This document shows, piece by piece, positions 14,030 to 27,022 of a stretch of DNA of 64,000 bases. How positions within the stretch are numbered: position 1 is the stretch's first letter; every line of letters begins with the position of its first letter. The stretch comes from the human T2T-CHM13v2.0 reference genome, Homo sapiens. The stretch lies in NCBI RefSeq assembly GCF_009914755.1, contig NC_060929.1; one strand, given 5' to 3'. The translations under genes and the position numbers were made by a program. The notes beneath the pieces were generated by a model that saw only the letters and a list, made by a program, of their open reading frames with translations, was not told where the DNA came from and did not search any database.

Positions 14030-16497
14030 TATTGTCTGTCTGTTTTCATTTTAGCCATTCTAGCATGTATGGAGTGTTACTTTATCTATAGTTCTGAATT
14101 TCATTCAAGTTTTGATGTTAAGCATCTTTTATTTCGATTGCTGAACACTTATTTGTACATCCTCTTTGGAGAAATGTTTATTCAAATCTTTTGTCCACCT
14201 GTTAATTCGATTATTTGTCTTTTTATAATCAAAGAGTTAAGGTTAGTTTATATTCTGGAAACAGGTCCCTTATCAGATATATGATTTACAAATATTTTCT
14301 CTCATTCTGTGGGACATCTTTTCACTTTCTTAATAGCATCATTTTCCACAAAAAAAGTTTTTAATTTTTCTGAAGTATAATTTATCTATTTTTCTGGTGA
14401 CATACCAAAGAACAAACACATAAACAAACAAAAAACATTTTACTGTCTTTTATATTAATATTTACCTATATAGTAACCTTAACTAGATTCAAGTTATGGA
14501 ATATTGTGCTTTCATTTCAGCCTGAAGGAATGCTTCTATTTAGTATTTCTTGCAGAGCAGGTCTTCTAGTAATACATTCCTAATTTTTCTCTTTTTCGGA
14601 ATTGTGTAATTTCTCTTTTATTTTTGATGGATAGTTTGCTGTACATAGAATGCTTGGTTGGTAGCTTTTTTCTCTCAGAGCTTTGCATTTGTTAATCCAC
14701 TACCTCTGACTTCCATTGTTTCTGATGAGAAGTCAGCTGTTTATCTTATTAAATATACCTTGTAAGTTATAAGTCATTTTTCTCTAAGTGCTTCAGGATT
14801 CTCTGTCTTTGTCTTACAATAGTTTGATTAAGATGTGCCTAGATGTGCCTCTCTTAAAGTTTGTCTTATTTGAATTTTGTTGGGCTGCTTGGATATGTAA
14901 GCTAATGTTACTAATCTTATTTAGAAAGTTTTTGGCCATTTTTTTTCAAATATACTTTCTGCTCTCTTCTGTCCTCTAGGATTACCATAATGCACATGTT
15001 GTTTCATTTGATGGTATCTTATAGGTCTCTGAATGGTTCTTCATTTTTCCACGTTTGTTTTTTATTCTTTATTTATTTTGTTTTTCAGACCTGTCTTCAA
15101 GCTGATTCTTTCTTCTGCTAGTTTAAATCTGCTGTTGAATCCCTCTAGTGAATATTTCATTTCAAGTGTAGTAATTTTTAACTCCAGATTATCTATTTTG
15201 GTTCCTTTTTTATAATTTCTGTCACCTTAGTACTATTTCCTATTTAGTATGTAGTCTTTTCTCATACTTTAATTTTCCTAGACATAGTTTGCTTTTGTTC
15301 TTTGAGCAAACTCATAATAGCTGCTTTGGAGTCTCTGTCTAGAAAGTTTTACATCTGGGATTTCTTAGGGGATGTTTCTATTGACTTTTTTTTCTGTTTA
15401 TGGGTCACACTTTCCTGTTTATATATGCATCTCATAACTTTTGTTGAAAATTGAAAATTTGAATAATATAATGTGGAAAGTTTGGAAATCAGATTTCCTC
15501 ATTCCTTAAGGTTTGTTGTTGCTGCTGTTTGTTGTTGTTGCTGTTTATCTGTTTATTGATTTTCCTAGATTATTTTAATAAGACTCTATATTCTTTGTCA
15601 TTTATAAACACAGAATTTTCTTCTTAGTTTAGTTGTCAGTTAATGATTGGACATAGGTTTACTTGAATGTCTTGAATCTTTAAGTACCCCACCCTTTGCC
15701 AAGGGGATCTGTGTGTGTGTTGGGGTATGCCTTTAATATTCCAGTCACTTAGCACTTTGAAATGACCTTTACTGTCTATTGCACAGAGCTTCAAGGTCAG
15801 TCATAAGGGAGAGATTGGGTCTTTTCAGGTCTTCTCTGAACATACACACATTCCTGCACATAACTGCATAAATCCCTAGAAATATATTGGAACTTCTCAA
15901 AGTCCCCTATGTACACCTCATTCCTAAATTTTTATGTTGTTTTTTGGCAGCTTTTTGTTTTCCCCAATTTGTATTGCCACCACAAGTGGCTGCAATGTTA
16001 AACAATCACTGCTGAATGTTTTTAACAAATTACTTGGGGATAGGATTTCCTCACTGATTGAGCTTTGAATCAGATCAAATAAAGGCAAGACTGCTATCTT
16101 TTGTAAATGGGCTTGACCAAGAGCTACCAGACCGATCAAACAGTAATCATTCTCTGGAGATGGGGCTTTTTGGGGAGCTCCAAATATTTTCTACCCCTAC
16201 AGTGGTTATTAGATTGCTGATTTTTACATCTGCTTGGTACCGAGTCTGATGGTTTTTAAGGCTACAAAAGAGCTAGGGAGAGGGGAATACAAAGGAGGCA
16301 AGTCAAAATGCCACAAAGCTCACAGATCTTACAAAGATTCAGACGTTTTTCCTATATAAATGTTTCTCATATTGTTGCAAGACTTTGGTTAATTTCCAGC
16401 ATCCTAACAAACATTTTGACACCTTTTGCTAGTATTCTTATTGTTTTTATGGAAGAGTTTGCTTTTGGAAGTCCTTACTCTGTCATTAAAGAAGTGC
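14030..16497 (-). mobile_element. Old L1M (L1MC/MD-type): 5'UTR and ORF1 joined to the ORF2 3' end, most of ORF2 missing
   Basis: 14030-14400 is the antisense ORF2 end, 14400-15400 antisense ORF1, and 15400-16497 an L1M 5'UTR (CCACAAAGCTCAC...GGAAGTCCTTACTCTGTCATT). Confidence 0.8.
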
Positions 16498-17039
16498 TTC
16501 TCAGAGTATTTTTTTAATTAAAAAAAGAATAAATTAAATTATCTGACTCATAATTTTACATAGTCACTTTGTATGTCTCTCAAATATTTTTCACTTCCAG
16601 AAAAGTTTTCTGTTTAAACAGTATTATCAACCTTTATGCTATTCCCCATGAGTCATTACATTGTTCACATTTAGAAACAGGAAAAGATTGACTAGCAAAA
16701 CTTCATCTCACTGGAAAGCAAAAACTGTGATATATGAAAAAATTTTACTCAACTCTTTCCAGAAATCCAATGTAATATATTAAAGCTATCACTTAAAATA
16801 TTTAACACTAAGCTATTACTTTTAATATTTATTCTCTCATTCATACTTTTGTCAAAGCAATTTTAGAAGGCAATGGTTTCTCTGGAAACCTGCCACCTGT
16901 CTAAGATGAAGCGTTTGCTATATGAATGAAAGGCTGTACAGAATATTATTTTAAAAAATTAATTACCATTCACATGGAGAAACTCTTGAGAAAAAAAATA
17001 AAAGTATTATTACTACTTATTCTGTTTCAGTCTTGACTA

Positions 17040-17260
17040 TGATTATTATCATGGCTAATGTTTGTTAAGCATTTATTTTGTGTAAGTAACTACACTGAGT
17101 GATTTATATTTAATCATCAAAGCATTAGGTGTTATTATTTGCATTTTACTGCTAAGGAAATTGACGTTTAGATGCCTTAAGTGACTTGCTTAAGGTCATA
17201 AAGGTGGTAAGCAAAAGAACCATCCCCATTTGCTGCTGAAGGCCACTACCGTCACCACTG
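17040..17260 (-). mobile_element. MIR
   Basis: CATTTTACTGCTAAGGAAATTGA...TTAAGTGACTTGCTTAAGGTCATA. Confidence 0.7.
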
Positions 17261-17804
17261 CTGTAATTCTCAGTATACCTCCTGTTATGTAATTAATTCT
17301 AATTATCTTCATCTTAGAAAATCAATTCAAAAGTAAAAAATTAACATTGAAGTAAACAATTTTGGTTAGCCAATTTCAAATTAGATGTTTTTGAAAGACA
17401 CCCTGGTAATAGTGGAATGGTTATTAAATTGACATGTTGCCTTTCTGAACAGGAAGCAGTAGCATTCACTGAATATTTTTTCATTCTAACATCCAAGACA
17501 AATCTGAGTATTAACAGACAAAGCTTAAAAAGCATTGTAATTTTTGTCCAGACACTTATTTGGAAAAGTGGGCATAAAATAAGTTGGAGGAATTGTGTAT
17601 CTGTCATATCAATTGTTACAATGATGTATTATAATTGTTCTTCTTTGGAAAACTGTAAATTATACCAGCTAAGATGTATCAAATATCAACATTGTGCTAC
17701 TGATTATTATTGATGCCTACCCTTCTGCAAGACATTCAAGTATGAGCAAGAATAAAATGGCATAAGGAAATAATTATATAGGCATACGTACATACAGCCA
17801 TACT

Positions 17805-20211
17805 CAGGCATACCTTAACCATAATCAGTTTCAGACTACTTCAATAAGGGAACATTGCAATAAATCCAGTCACAAAAAATTACATTAGAAGTGCATATAA
17901 AAGTTATATTTGCACTATTCTGTAGTATATTAAGTGTGCAATAGCAATGTCTAAAAAAATTACATACTTTTAAATACTTTATTGCTAAAAAATGCTAACA
18001 ATCATCTAAGCCTTCAGCAAGTGATAATTTTTTGGCTGATATAGGGTCTTACCTTGATATTAGTGACTGCTGATCAGGATAGTGGTTGTTGAAGTTTGGG
18101 GTGATGGTGGCAGTTTCCTAAAATAAGAAACAATGAAGTTGACCTCATTGATTGACTCTTCCTCTCATAAAAGGTTTCTTTGTAGCATGTGATGTTGTTT
18201 GATAGTATTTTACCCACAGTAGAACTTCTAAAATTGGAGTCAATCCTCTCAAAATCTATGGCTGTTTTATCAACTAAGTTTATGGAATATGCTAAATCCT
18301 TTGTTGTCATTTCAACAATGCTTACAGCATCTTCACCACGAATAGATTGCATCTCAAGAGACCACTTTTTTTTTGCTCATCCATGAGAAGCAACTCATCA
18401 GTTCAAGTTTTATCATAAGACTGGAGCAATTAAGTAAACTCTTTAGGTTCCACTTTTAATCCTATTTTTTTTTTTTTTTTGCTATTTCCACCCCATCTGC
18501 AGTTACTTTTGCCATTAAAGTATTGAATCCCTCAGTCATCCATGAAGGCTGGAATAATCTTCTTCCAAACTTCTGTTAATGTTGATATTTTGGCCTCCTC
18601 CTGTGAATCATGAATGTACTTAATGGCATCTAGAATGATGAATCTTTTAGAAAAGGTTTTCAATTTACTTTGCACAGATTCATCAGAGATACCACTATCT
18701 TTTGCAGCTGTAACTTATGAAGCACATTTCTTAAATAATAGTACTTGAAAATCAAACTTACTCCTTGATCCACGGGCTGCAGAATGGATGTTGTGTTAGC
18801 AGGCATTAAAAAAAAAACAATTAATCTTATATATCTCCATGAGAGCTCTTAGATGACTAGGTACATTGTCAACGTGCAGTAATAGTTTGAAAGATGTCTT
18901 TTCTTCTGAGCACTAGTTCTCAACAGTAGGCTTAAACGTAGTCAGCAAATCATGCTGTAAATAGATGTCCTGTCAGCCAGGCTTTGTTGTTCCATTTATA
19001 GAGTACAGGCAGAGTAGCAAATTTCTTAGGCGCCCTAGAATTTTTGGAATGGTAAATGAGCCTTGGCTTCAACTTAAAGTCACCAACTGCACTAGCCCCT
19101 CACAAGACAGTCAGCCTGTCCTTTGAAGATTTGAAGCCAAATATTGACTTCTCCTTTCTAGATATGAAAGTCCTAAATAGCATTATCATCCAATAAATGG
19201 TTATTTAGTCTTCATTTAAAATGTGATGTTTAATGTAGCCACCTTCATCCATAATTTTCTCTTGATCTTCTGGATAATTTATTGTAGCTTCTCCATCAGC
19301 ACTTGCTCCTTCACCTTGTAGTTTTATGTCATGGAGATGGCTTCTTTCCTTAAACTTCATGAACCAACCTCTGCTACCTTCAAACTTTTCTTCTGCAGCT
19401 TCCACACTTCTCTTAGTCTTCACAGAATTAAAGAGAGTTAGGACCTTGCTCTGGATGAGCCTTTGATTCAAAGGAGTGTTGTGACTTGTTTGATTTTCTA
19501 TTCAGATGACTAAAACTTTCTCCCTATCAGTAATAATGCTGTTTCTCTTTATTATGATTTGTGTGTTCACTGGAGTAGAACTTTTAATTTCCTTCAAAAA
19601 CTTTTCATTTTTATTTACAACTTGGCTAACTATTTGATGTAAGAGGCCTAATTTTTGGCCTGTCTCAGCAACTGACATGCCTCCATCACAATGCTTAATT
19701 ATTTCTAGCTTTTGATTTCAAGTGACAGACATATGACTCTTCCTTTCACTTGAATACTTTGAGACTATTGTAGGTATTGTAGACTTGTTATTGGCTTAAT
19801 TTCAATTTTATTTTGTCTTAGGGAATATGGAGGCCCCTAAAGAGGTAGAGAGATGGGAAACAGCTGGTCTTTGGAGCAGTCAGAATATACTGAATATTTA
19901 TCAGTTACATTTGCCATCTTTTATGGTTCGTGATGCCTCAAAATAGATACAATAGTAACATCAAAGATAACTGATCGCAGATAAACATAACAGATATAAT
20001 AATAATGTTTAAAACTTAAAATATTGTAAAAATTACTAAAATGTGAACCAAAAAAAAATGAAGTGAGCACAAGCTTTTGGAAAAATGGTGCTTATAGAGT
20101 TGCTTAAAGCAGAGTTGCTACAAACCTTCAATTTATTAAAAAATGCACTATCTATAATGTACAATAAAGTGAAGCACAATAACAAAAGTGCGATATAATG
20201 AGGTATGCTGG
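17805..20211 (-). mobile_element. Tigger1 (TcMar-Tigger) DNA transposon, near full length, transposase disrupted
   Basis: TIRs CAGGCATACCT (17805) and GAGGTATGCTGG-TA (20211). Minus ORF 19205-19471 ([36 protein letters not shown]) is the CENP-B-type HTH of Tigger1 transposase. About 2.4 kb. Confidence 0.95.
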
Positions 20212-21369
20212 TATACTTTCTTTCTTTGATTTCATGGAACTGATTTCCATGCTATCATATTGTCACTAATATCCAGTTGTCTTCTTAGTATTTACCACAA
20301 CACTTGGTATTAATCCTCTTTTTAAATGGAAATTTTTCAGAAAAGGAAATGAATTTTTTTAAGTATTCCTACCTGAATAATATGGTTTGATTAAGCTCCT
20401 TCTTTCTTGTCTCTAATCTCATCCCATGCCTAATATGACCCAAAATCTATCCAAAGGTAATTCCTAGTCCTAACCGAAGGACTTCTTTCTTAATCCTTTC
20501 TCAAAAATTCCTACTTTTTAAACTCATATGCATTGACTCTTTATTTTAGGACTGTGAATTTGTTATTTTTTCTCATTTACATAGTGTACAATTTATTAGC
20601 TTTTATAAATAAATCTGGTATGCCATTATTTCACCTTTGAAACCATAAACTTGAAATAATCCAATGTTGAATAGTAGAATGTTTACCAAATGTCTCTCTT
20701 CAGTCACCTTCACAATTTTTTCAAAATGTACATATTCCCTAGATTTAATAATTCTCTTTAAATAGGGTTACTTCTTTATATAAATATTATAAATGGAAAC
20801 TGTAAATAATTACCCAATATTACTTCCCATAAATAGAAAGTAACCACAAAAATAAGCACAATGAAAACAAATAAATTATTTAAGTCTACTTAGACACTGG
20901 TTATTTCCTGTAGTTTATTCTTCTCTTAAAAGGAGAGTTTAGCAAATGTTGGCAGGGGGTGTTGACTAGTACTAAACTCAACCTTTCTCTTTGATTTAAT
21001 TTAAATAGAAGTATTGAAAGAAAACTGAACAGAAAAACACACATTTAGTAGTTCAATGCAATTTGATCTGTGGTTCAAATAGACTTAAATCAACTCCATT
21101 GCCAGTATGGTAGGCACTCACCTTTTGCGGTCACTGATCTAACCTGCAAGTCTCAGTGTACAGTTGAAGAACCATAGACCTATAGGCATTGAGAAACTTG
21201 CCCAGGGAATGCAGGTCATCTAATTCCCAGAGTGGAATTCTTTCCAATACTTCATGCTTTCTCATCTAAGTGTCAAAACTTGAAGCTGGTCCAATACAAA
21301 ACTGTATACCCTACATTTCAGTTTATTTTATTATATTGAATTGTATCACATGAAAAGAATATTCTTAAA

Positions 21370-21635
21370 ATAGTAATAAGCAACATGTATTGAGTATTCT
21401 TGCTTTGCAGCCCTCACATAAACTCTACAGAGTAGTTGCTATCATTTTCTTCACCCACTAATGAGGCGACCAATACTTAAAAATAGATTAAATAACATGC
21501 TGAATTTTCTTAGCTCTTAGCTTTTGCTGCACAGTAAATGAACATTGAGGTTGGAGATACAGGGAGAAGAGATACATGGTTGAATACGTGTATAAATCTC
21601 AGCACCCAAGTCTGAGTTCTTAACCACTACAATAT
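21370..21635 (-). mobile_element. MIR, degraded
   Basis: TAATAAGCAACATGTATTGAGTA...CTCACATAAACTCTA...TTCTTAACCACTAC. Confidence 0.5.
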
Positions 21636-21899
21636 ACTTAGGACACATTTTCATTTGGTTATTGGGATTTTTTTTTTAACTGAGGAATGACTATTTATGT
21701 TAGATTGCATTATTACAATCCACTTTGTGCTCTTCTTCAGTGTGTAATCTGAGGTTGAAGTTTAAAGTAGGAAAAAATAAACTAGGTTCTAGAATTTCCC
21801 ATCAGTTACAACCATGCCCATATTTCCCTTGGGACTTTTGAAGAGTAGTTTGACACAAACCATGGTCAGTCTCAGGAATCCTTGAGTGTGCCCCATTTA

Positions 21900-22065
21900 T
21901 TGTTTGTTTGTTTGTTGTTTGTTTATTAGAGACAAAGTCTGGCTCTGATGCCCAGACTGCAGTGCAGTGGTGCAATCACAGAATCATAGCTCACTGAAAT
22001 CCTCCTACCTCAGGCTTCCAAGTAGCTAGGACTACAGGTGTGCACCAACACACTCAGCTAATATA

Positions 22066-22099
<34 letters not shown>

Positions 22100-22202
22100 T
22101 TTTTGTGGTATACAGACAGGGTCCCAAACCCCTGGCTTCAGGCAATCCTCCTGCCTTTCTTCTAAAGTGCTGGCATTATAGATGTGAGGCACCACACTGG
22201 CA
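21900..22202 (-). mobile_element. AluJ with internal deletions and a (TA)n-poly(T) microsatellite in the linker
   Basis: Antisense Alu arms, (TA)n/Tn at 22060-22104, and flanking direct repeat CCATT(T/C)ATTGTTT. Confidence 0.88.
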
Positions 22203-22738
22203 CCATTCATTGTTTATTTGTTCCAAACCCAAGAACTTTTTCCCTACTGACAAAATCTCTCAAGTAACTCCAGAAATGCTCCCATTGCTCTGATTCTGCA
22301 GGTATGCAGGTATCTCACTATAGTGAGATAGTCCTTAAAATCAATCCTGTGCAGGACAAGTCCAACTTGCTTCCCACCCCTCTCAAGGCAACTCCAAGCT
22401 ATAAACAGGCATTCACTTACTAACCAGGAAATGCAATTTCACAGAGACTAGCGCTGTATTAAACCCGGGGAAACACCCCTTTTCCTTATCTTAGGTGACT
22501 TCACATTCTGTAACTTCTCCCCTAACATAAGGAGAGGAACTTTGTCATTGAAAACTACTCAGTTCCATAGCAATGAGAAATCTAATCCCTAAGACCTCCT
22601 TACTTATTGTCCCAGGCCCCCAAATTCATTTGCAAATGACTTCTAGGCAAATACAAAAACATCTTATACTCTTTCTGGTATAATCATTACGAGTATTTTG
22701 CATACTCTGTCCCTTTGGGGTCTTTCCATAGTAACCCT

Positions 22739-23065
22739 TACTCTGCTCTGAACATGCCCCTCAAAATTCATGTGTTGGAAACTTAATTCCCAATGCAATA
22801 ATGCCAGGAGGTGGGTTCTAATAGGAGATGTTTAGGTCATGAGAGCAGAAAAATGGAAGGGATTAATGCCACCATATAAAGAGTTTGGGAATGGGTTTGT
22901 CCCTTTACCCTTCTGTTATGTGAGGATCCAGCAAGAAGGGCTCCCCAGATGCCAGTGCCTTGATCTGGGACTTCCCCGCATCCAAAGCTGTGAGAAATAA
23001 ATTTTTGTCCTTTATAAATTACCCAATCTGTGACACTGTTATAGCACCACAAGCAGAATAAGGCA
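22739..23065 (+). mobile_element. MST (MSTC/D-like) solo LTR, ERVL-MaLR
   Basis: CAAAATTCATGTGTTGGAAACTTAATTCCCAATGCAA...TATAAATTACCCAATCTGTG. 5-bp TSD ACCCT at 22734-22738 and 23066-23070. Confidence 0.88.
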
Positions 23066-23759
23066 ACCCTGAAGCCCTAAGTGTGTGCTGCTTGTAAAAC
23101 TCTTTCTAATTTTCTAAACTCTGTGCTCCTTGTAAGTAAGCATTCACTTAGAATATTCTCCTTCTTGGAAAAAAAAAAAAAGATGGATGCACTTTATGTC
23201 TGAATTACCATTTCTGATTTCTTCTAGAATCCCTTGGGGATTTTTAGCTAAGAATTTCTCCAAAAATGTTTTTAGCAGAAGTTTTACTAAGCCCCTTAAT
23301 TTCCTAACTATATGTAGGTCACTGTCAAATATGCTTTGCTCTATGCTAGTTGGAAACTGAATAGACTAGGGGCCATACTGACTTTTTAAATTGCTTACAA
23401 TGACCAGTTTAAATCTAGTAATTCTTGAATAAGGTCCAATCCTGCACACGGTAGAATCAACTCTTCCATTTAGTACTTTCTTTGTAAACCAGGGAGAATG
23501 GATCTATTCTTAGTCCACGATCCAAAAGATTTATGACCAGGTTTTTGGGCTATTTGTATTCATTCAAAAATTCTTAATCTGCTAAATAAAAAGGGAGTTC
23601 CTAAAATCGAATAACAAAAAAAAAATTGCTATAAAACAAACTGCTTAAATAAGACTACAATAAAATAATCTCTTTTGCACAGGAGGTTTAAACACTTAGA
23701 TTAAGCAAACTAAGCAACATGAATAGGAAAACCTTTGGTTAACTAGAGTGGCTATTACT

Positions 23760-24350
23760 CAATTATTTTAACAAATATTGACTGAGTACATGAGTATTAT
23801 CTGCAAGGTACTATGTTAGAAATTATGGGTGAGAGATGGGTACAAAATAGCCTATTCTCTTAAAGAGTTTGCAATCAAGTTAGAGATATATGAGCCCTTC
23901 ATTAATGCCTGTAATACAAGGTGTCATTGCCTTAGACATGTGACCAGCTAATGGCTTTGAAAGCTTAGAGGAGAAAAGGATTATTTCTAGCTAGGGAAAT
24001 AAAAAGGTACAGCAAAGCAGATAGCTTCGTGGTAGATAGGCCATGATGAATAAGGGTGGAAGGAAGTCTGTAACAAAACCAAAACAAAACATAGATACAT
24101 AGTGCTATTTTAGGAAAATGGAATGTCATTTTAAGTCTAGAGATGGCGGAAGCAACACCACAGAAATGGAGTCTAAAATTTGTGTCAGAGGCAGTGTCAG
24201 TTAAAAGGTTATACCCAGATGGCAAAGGATATTCATTTAATTCATCTATCCATTCAAGATATATGAGTTATGCAGTTCTTATATACCAGGCATTGTACTT
24301 GGGAATACAGCAACAAAAAAATTAAATGGCTCCATCCACAGAGCTGATAA
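23760..24350 (-). mobile_element. L2 3'-end fragments
   Basis: AACAAATATTGACTGAGTAC and ATTCATTTAATTCATC...CCAGGCATTGTACT, typical of antisense L2 3' ends. Confidence 0.55.
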
Positions 24351-24710
24351 ACCAGAGAAAACAATCCTTAGAACATGCTATTTTTACTTAGATCTAAAGG
24401 ATGTGTGGCAAAGGAAGGATGGGGTAGGGGACAGAATAGAGAGTGCCAGGCTGAGAAAATTGCTTGGAAAGGACCCAGAGCCTAAATATAATTTGGGACC
24501 TAAAATAAGATTTAAGATTATAGAGGCTCAATATTAAAATGGATTAAAATTAAGTTTTTCACCTACCTATTTATCATACTTTTCTTTCTAATTCTACCTG
24601 TTTGTTTAACAACTCCCATATTTTCCTTGCTTATAACTTTTTAAAAACACTGATAGGAAACTTTATTATGAAAGTTTGGTAACTTGAAATCTCAGAGGAG
24701 AAAAAAACAC

Positions 24711-24732
24711 AGCAAGCAAGCAAGCAAGCAAG
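24711..24732. repeat. (AGCA)5 microsatellite
   Basis: AGCAAGCAAGCAAGCAAGCAAG. Confidence 0.9.
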
Positions 24733-24949
24733 AAACCCATCATGTCTCTAGAAAGGCTAAGATAGTAGGACATGAGAAAATCTGACCTAGTTGCAGGGTT
24801 TCTCAGGAAACAGAAAGAAGGTAATATTCTGAAAAAGTTGAACATTAATAAAATCTCTTATTCTCATGCACATTAGGGGGGAATGGGAAGTCATAAATCT
24901 GGATCAAAATATATTACTTTGAAATAAGATTAAGAGATGACTTTGATCT

Positions 24950-26090
24950 ATTATTCAAATTCATTCTAAAAATATTTATTAAGTATGACTATTTTTGACC
25001 AAGAGCTGCCCAGGACTCCAGAAATAAAGTAGTTCAAAAAAATAGATCTAGCGCTTCCTCTAACGAAGCTTACAGTATCATGGAGGAGGCAGATACTATC
25101 CAAACAGTCAGAAAAATGCATTTAAAAGGTGTTACTGTGAAAAAGTGCCATGAAGAAGATGCACACAGAGGTGAAAGAGAGTACAAGAAGGGCATTCGAT
25201 GTAGTCAGAGAGCTCAAGGAAGACTTTCCTGAGGAAGGCCTAAGTGACTTGAAACATAAAGGATGAAAATGAGGTAAGTAGGCATGAAGGGGAAGAAGCA
25301 GCCCTTGAGACAGAGTGATCAATAAATACAAAGTCTCCATGGTAGGAACAAGCATGACAAATGCACAGGACTGAAAGAAAACCAGGAGTAAGACAGGAGT
25401 GGATGTAGGTAGACCAAAGGGAAGGCATGTAGTTAAGATAAAAAATAATGGTGACTTGGACTAGGGTGTTGGTGGAGTCAGGATGCAGAGAAGCAGCAGA
25501 TTATGAATAGTTCTTTCTGCAGTCAAATCCCTTGGCTTTTGAGGATGGTACAAGTTCCCAAGTTACCATGAACTGGCTCTGTCTTCTTTACATTTCCTTA
25601 GGATCCTAAGTTTTAACCATGGAAAATTGTGGAGAAGGTCATAGCACTATATCAAAATCCAGGGCACCTGGGGTGTGTGAGCAGAACAGAGACACCCACA
25701 GTTAGAATGGTAATCAGGAATAGGTCAGAGAGAGCTAGATGGCCATGTTTTAAGGCATTCGGACTTTATTCTAAGAGTGATTGGGAGCCAAAAAGGTTGC
25801 TAAGCAGGGGACTGTCATAATAAAATTTTAACTTTTAATAAGTTTATAAGTTTTTACTGCTGGAGAGTGAGAATTACTGAATGTTTTTCAGCATGCAAGT
25901 AGCTAGTTCTTAGGAAAATTAACCTGACAACATTGTGCCAGGATGGTTTGAAGCTATAGAGAAGAATCTGGAAATAAGAAAATCAATTGAAAAGCTATTT
26001 TGATAGTCTAAGAGTGGGGCAATAAATGGTCAAAATTAAGCACTGAAAATGAATTTTTTTTTAAAGAATAAGGGATGAAGATTCAGGAAA
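24950..26090 (-). mobile_element. L2 fragments
   Basis: TTCATTCTAAAAATATTTATTAAGT...GAAGCTTACAGT...GGTGACTTGGACTAGGGTG...GGACTTTATTCTAAGAGTGATTGGGAGCC. Confidence 0.7.
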
Positions 26091-26684
26091 TAGATCACTA
26101 GTTTTTCTTTAGAAGCTTATATAACTGTTTGGCACAGTGTCTTACAATCGACTTGCTAAAATGTGATTCTGATAATTGAGGAAGTTTAAAGTCACATATT
26201 TAAATGAAACTTACATATCATTTCTTACAACTACATTAGTTTGTCAGCAAGTCCAAGAGTATGGAGTAAATTTGGCATCTACATACTTATTAATATTGAT
26301 GTTGTATGGGTATGGAAATGGACTAGGGTAAGTTGAGATGGGTGGCAGAATAAGTTAGATTTCTGTGGATCCAGCACACTTCCTCCATGTCAGAGAAATG
26401 TGAGTCCATAATTCAAGAGTAAGGTGACTTAGTGACATTACTTCATGAGTAAGAACAGCTTAATGAAGGGCAAAAGGTAAGTTCTTCAGAGCCTACAAAA
26501 GGACTGCCTTTTTTCCATCATGAGACCTGAGACAATCACCATTCAGCATTGCGTTGCACCACCTTTCCACTGCCAGTCAAAAGGTACACTTGAAATTGGA
26601 GGTAAATGAGAAGTCCTTTCAAGTTTTAATTTTAGAAATGTAGGACTCCCTGTATACTACAGGAGTAGCAGAGAATCCAAGTCT

Positions 26685-27022
26685 CTTCATCCAGATATGT
26701 ACAAAGTGTTGCGATAACACAGAATCATTTACTCACTGGGAATGTGAGACTTTGAAAAGGATAGCAAACTGAGCTGTCTTAAACAATCAAATCATCTTTG
26801 GATAATTTCAGCTTCTTCTTTTGTCAGGTAATGATTAAAAACTTGACAGGAATAATGAGTTTGTGTTAGGATAATCAAATAAGAATTGTTATTTCCAGTA
26901 TTCAGAGAAAAATAAAGCTGCTCCACGGCAATAGTGTTGCTCTAATGTATAGTTCAGGCTTCAAATGACATTGATTCGAAGATCTATATGATGCAAACTC
27001 CTCAAACAGTACCAAATGTTGA
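26685..27022 (+). repeat. Permuted local duplication: copy of 29085-29183 followed by copy of 28590-28837
   Basis: Aligned by eye: 7 mismatches in 99 bp for the first block; about 13 mismatches plus 2 indels in about 226 bp for the second. Confidence 0.95.
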
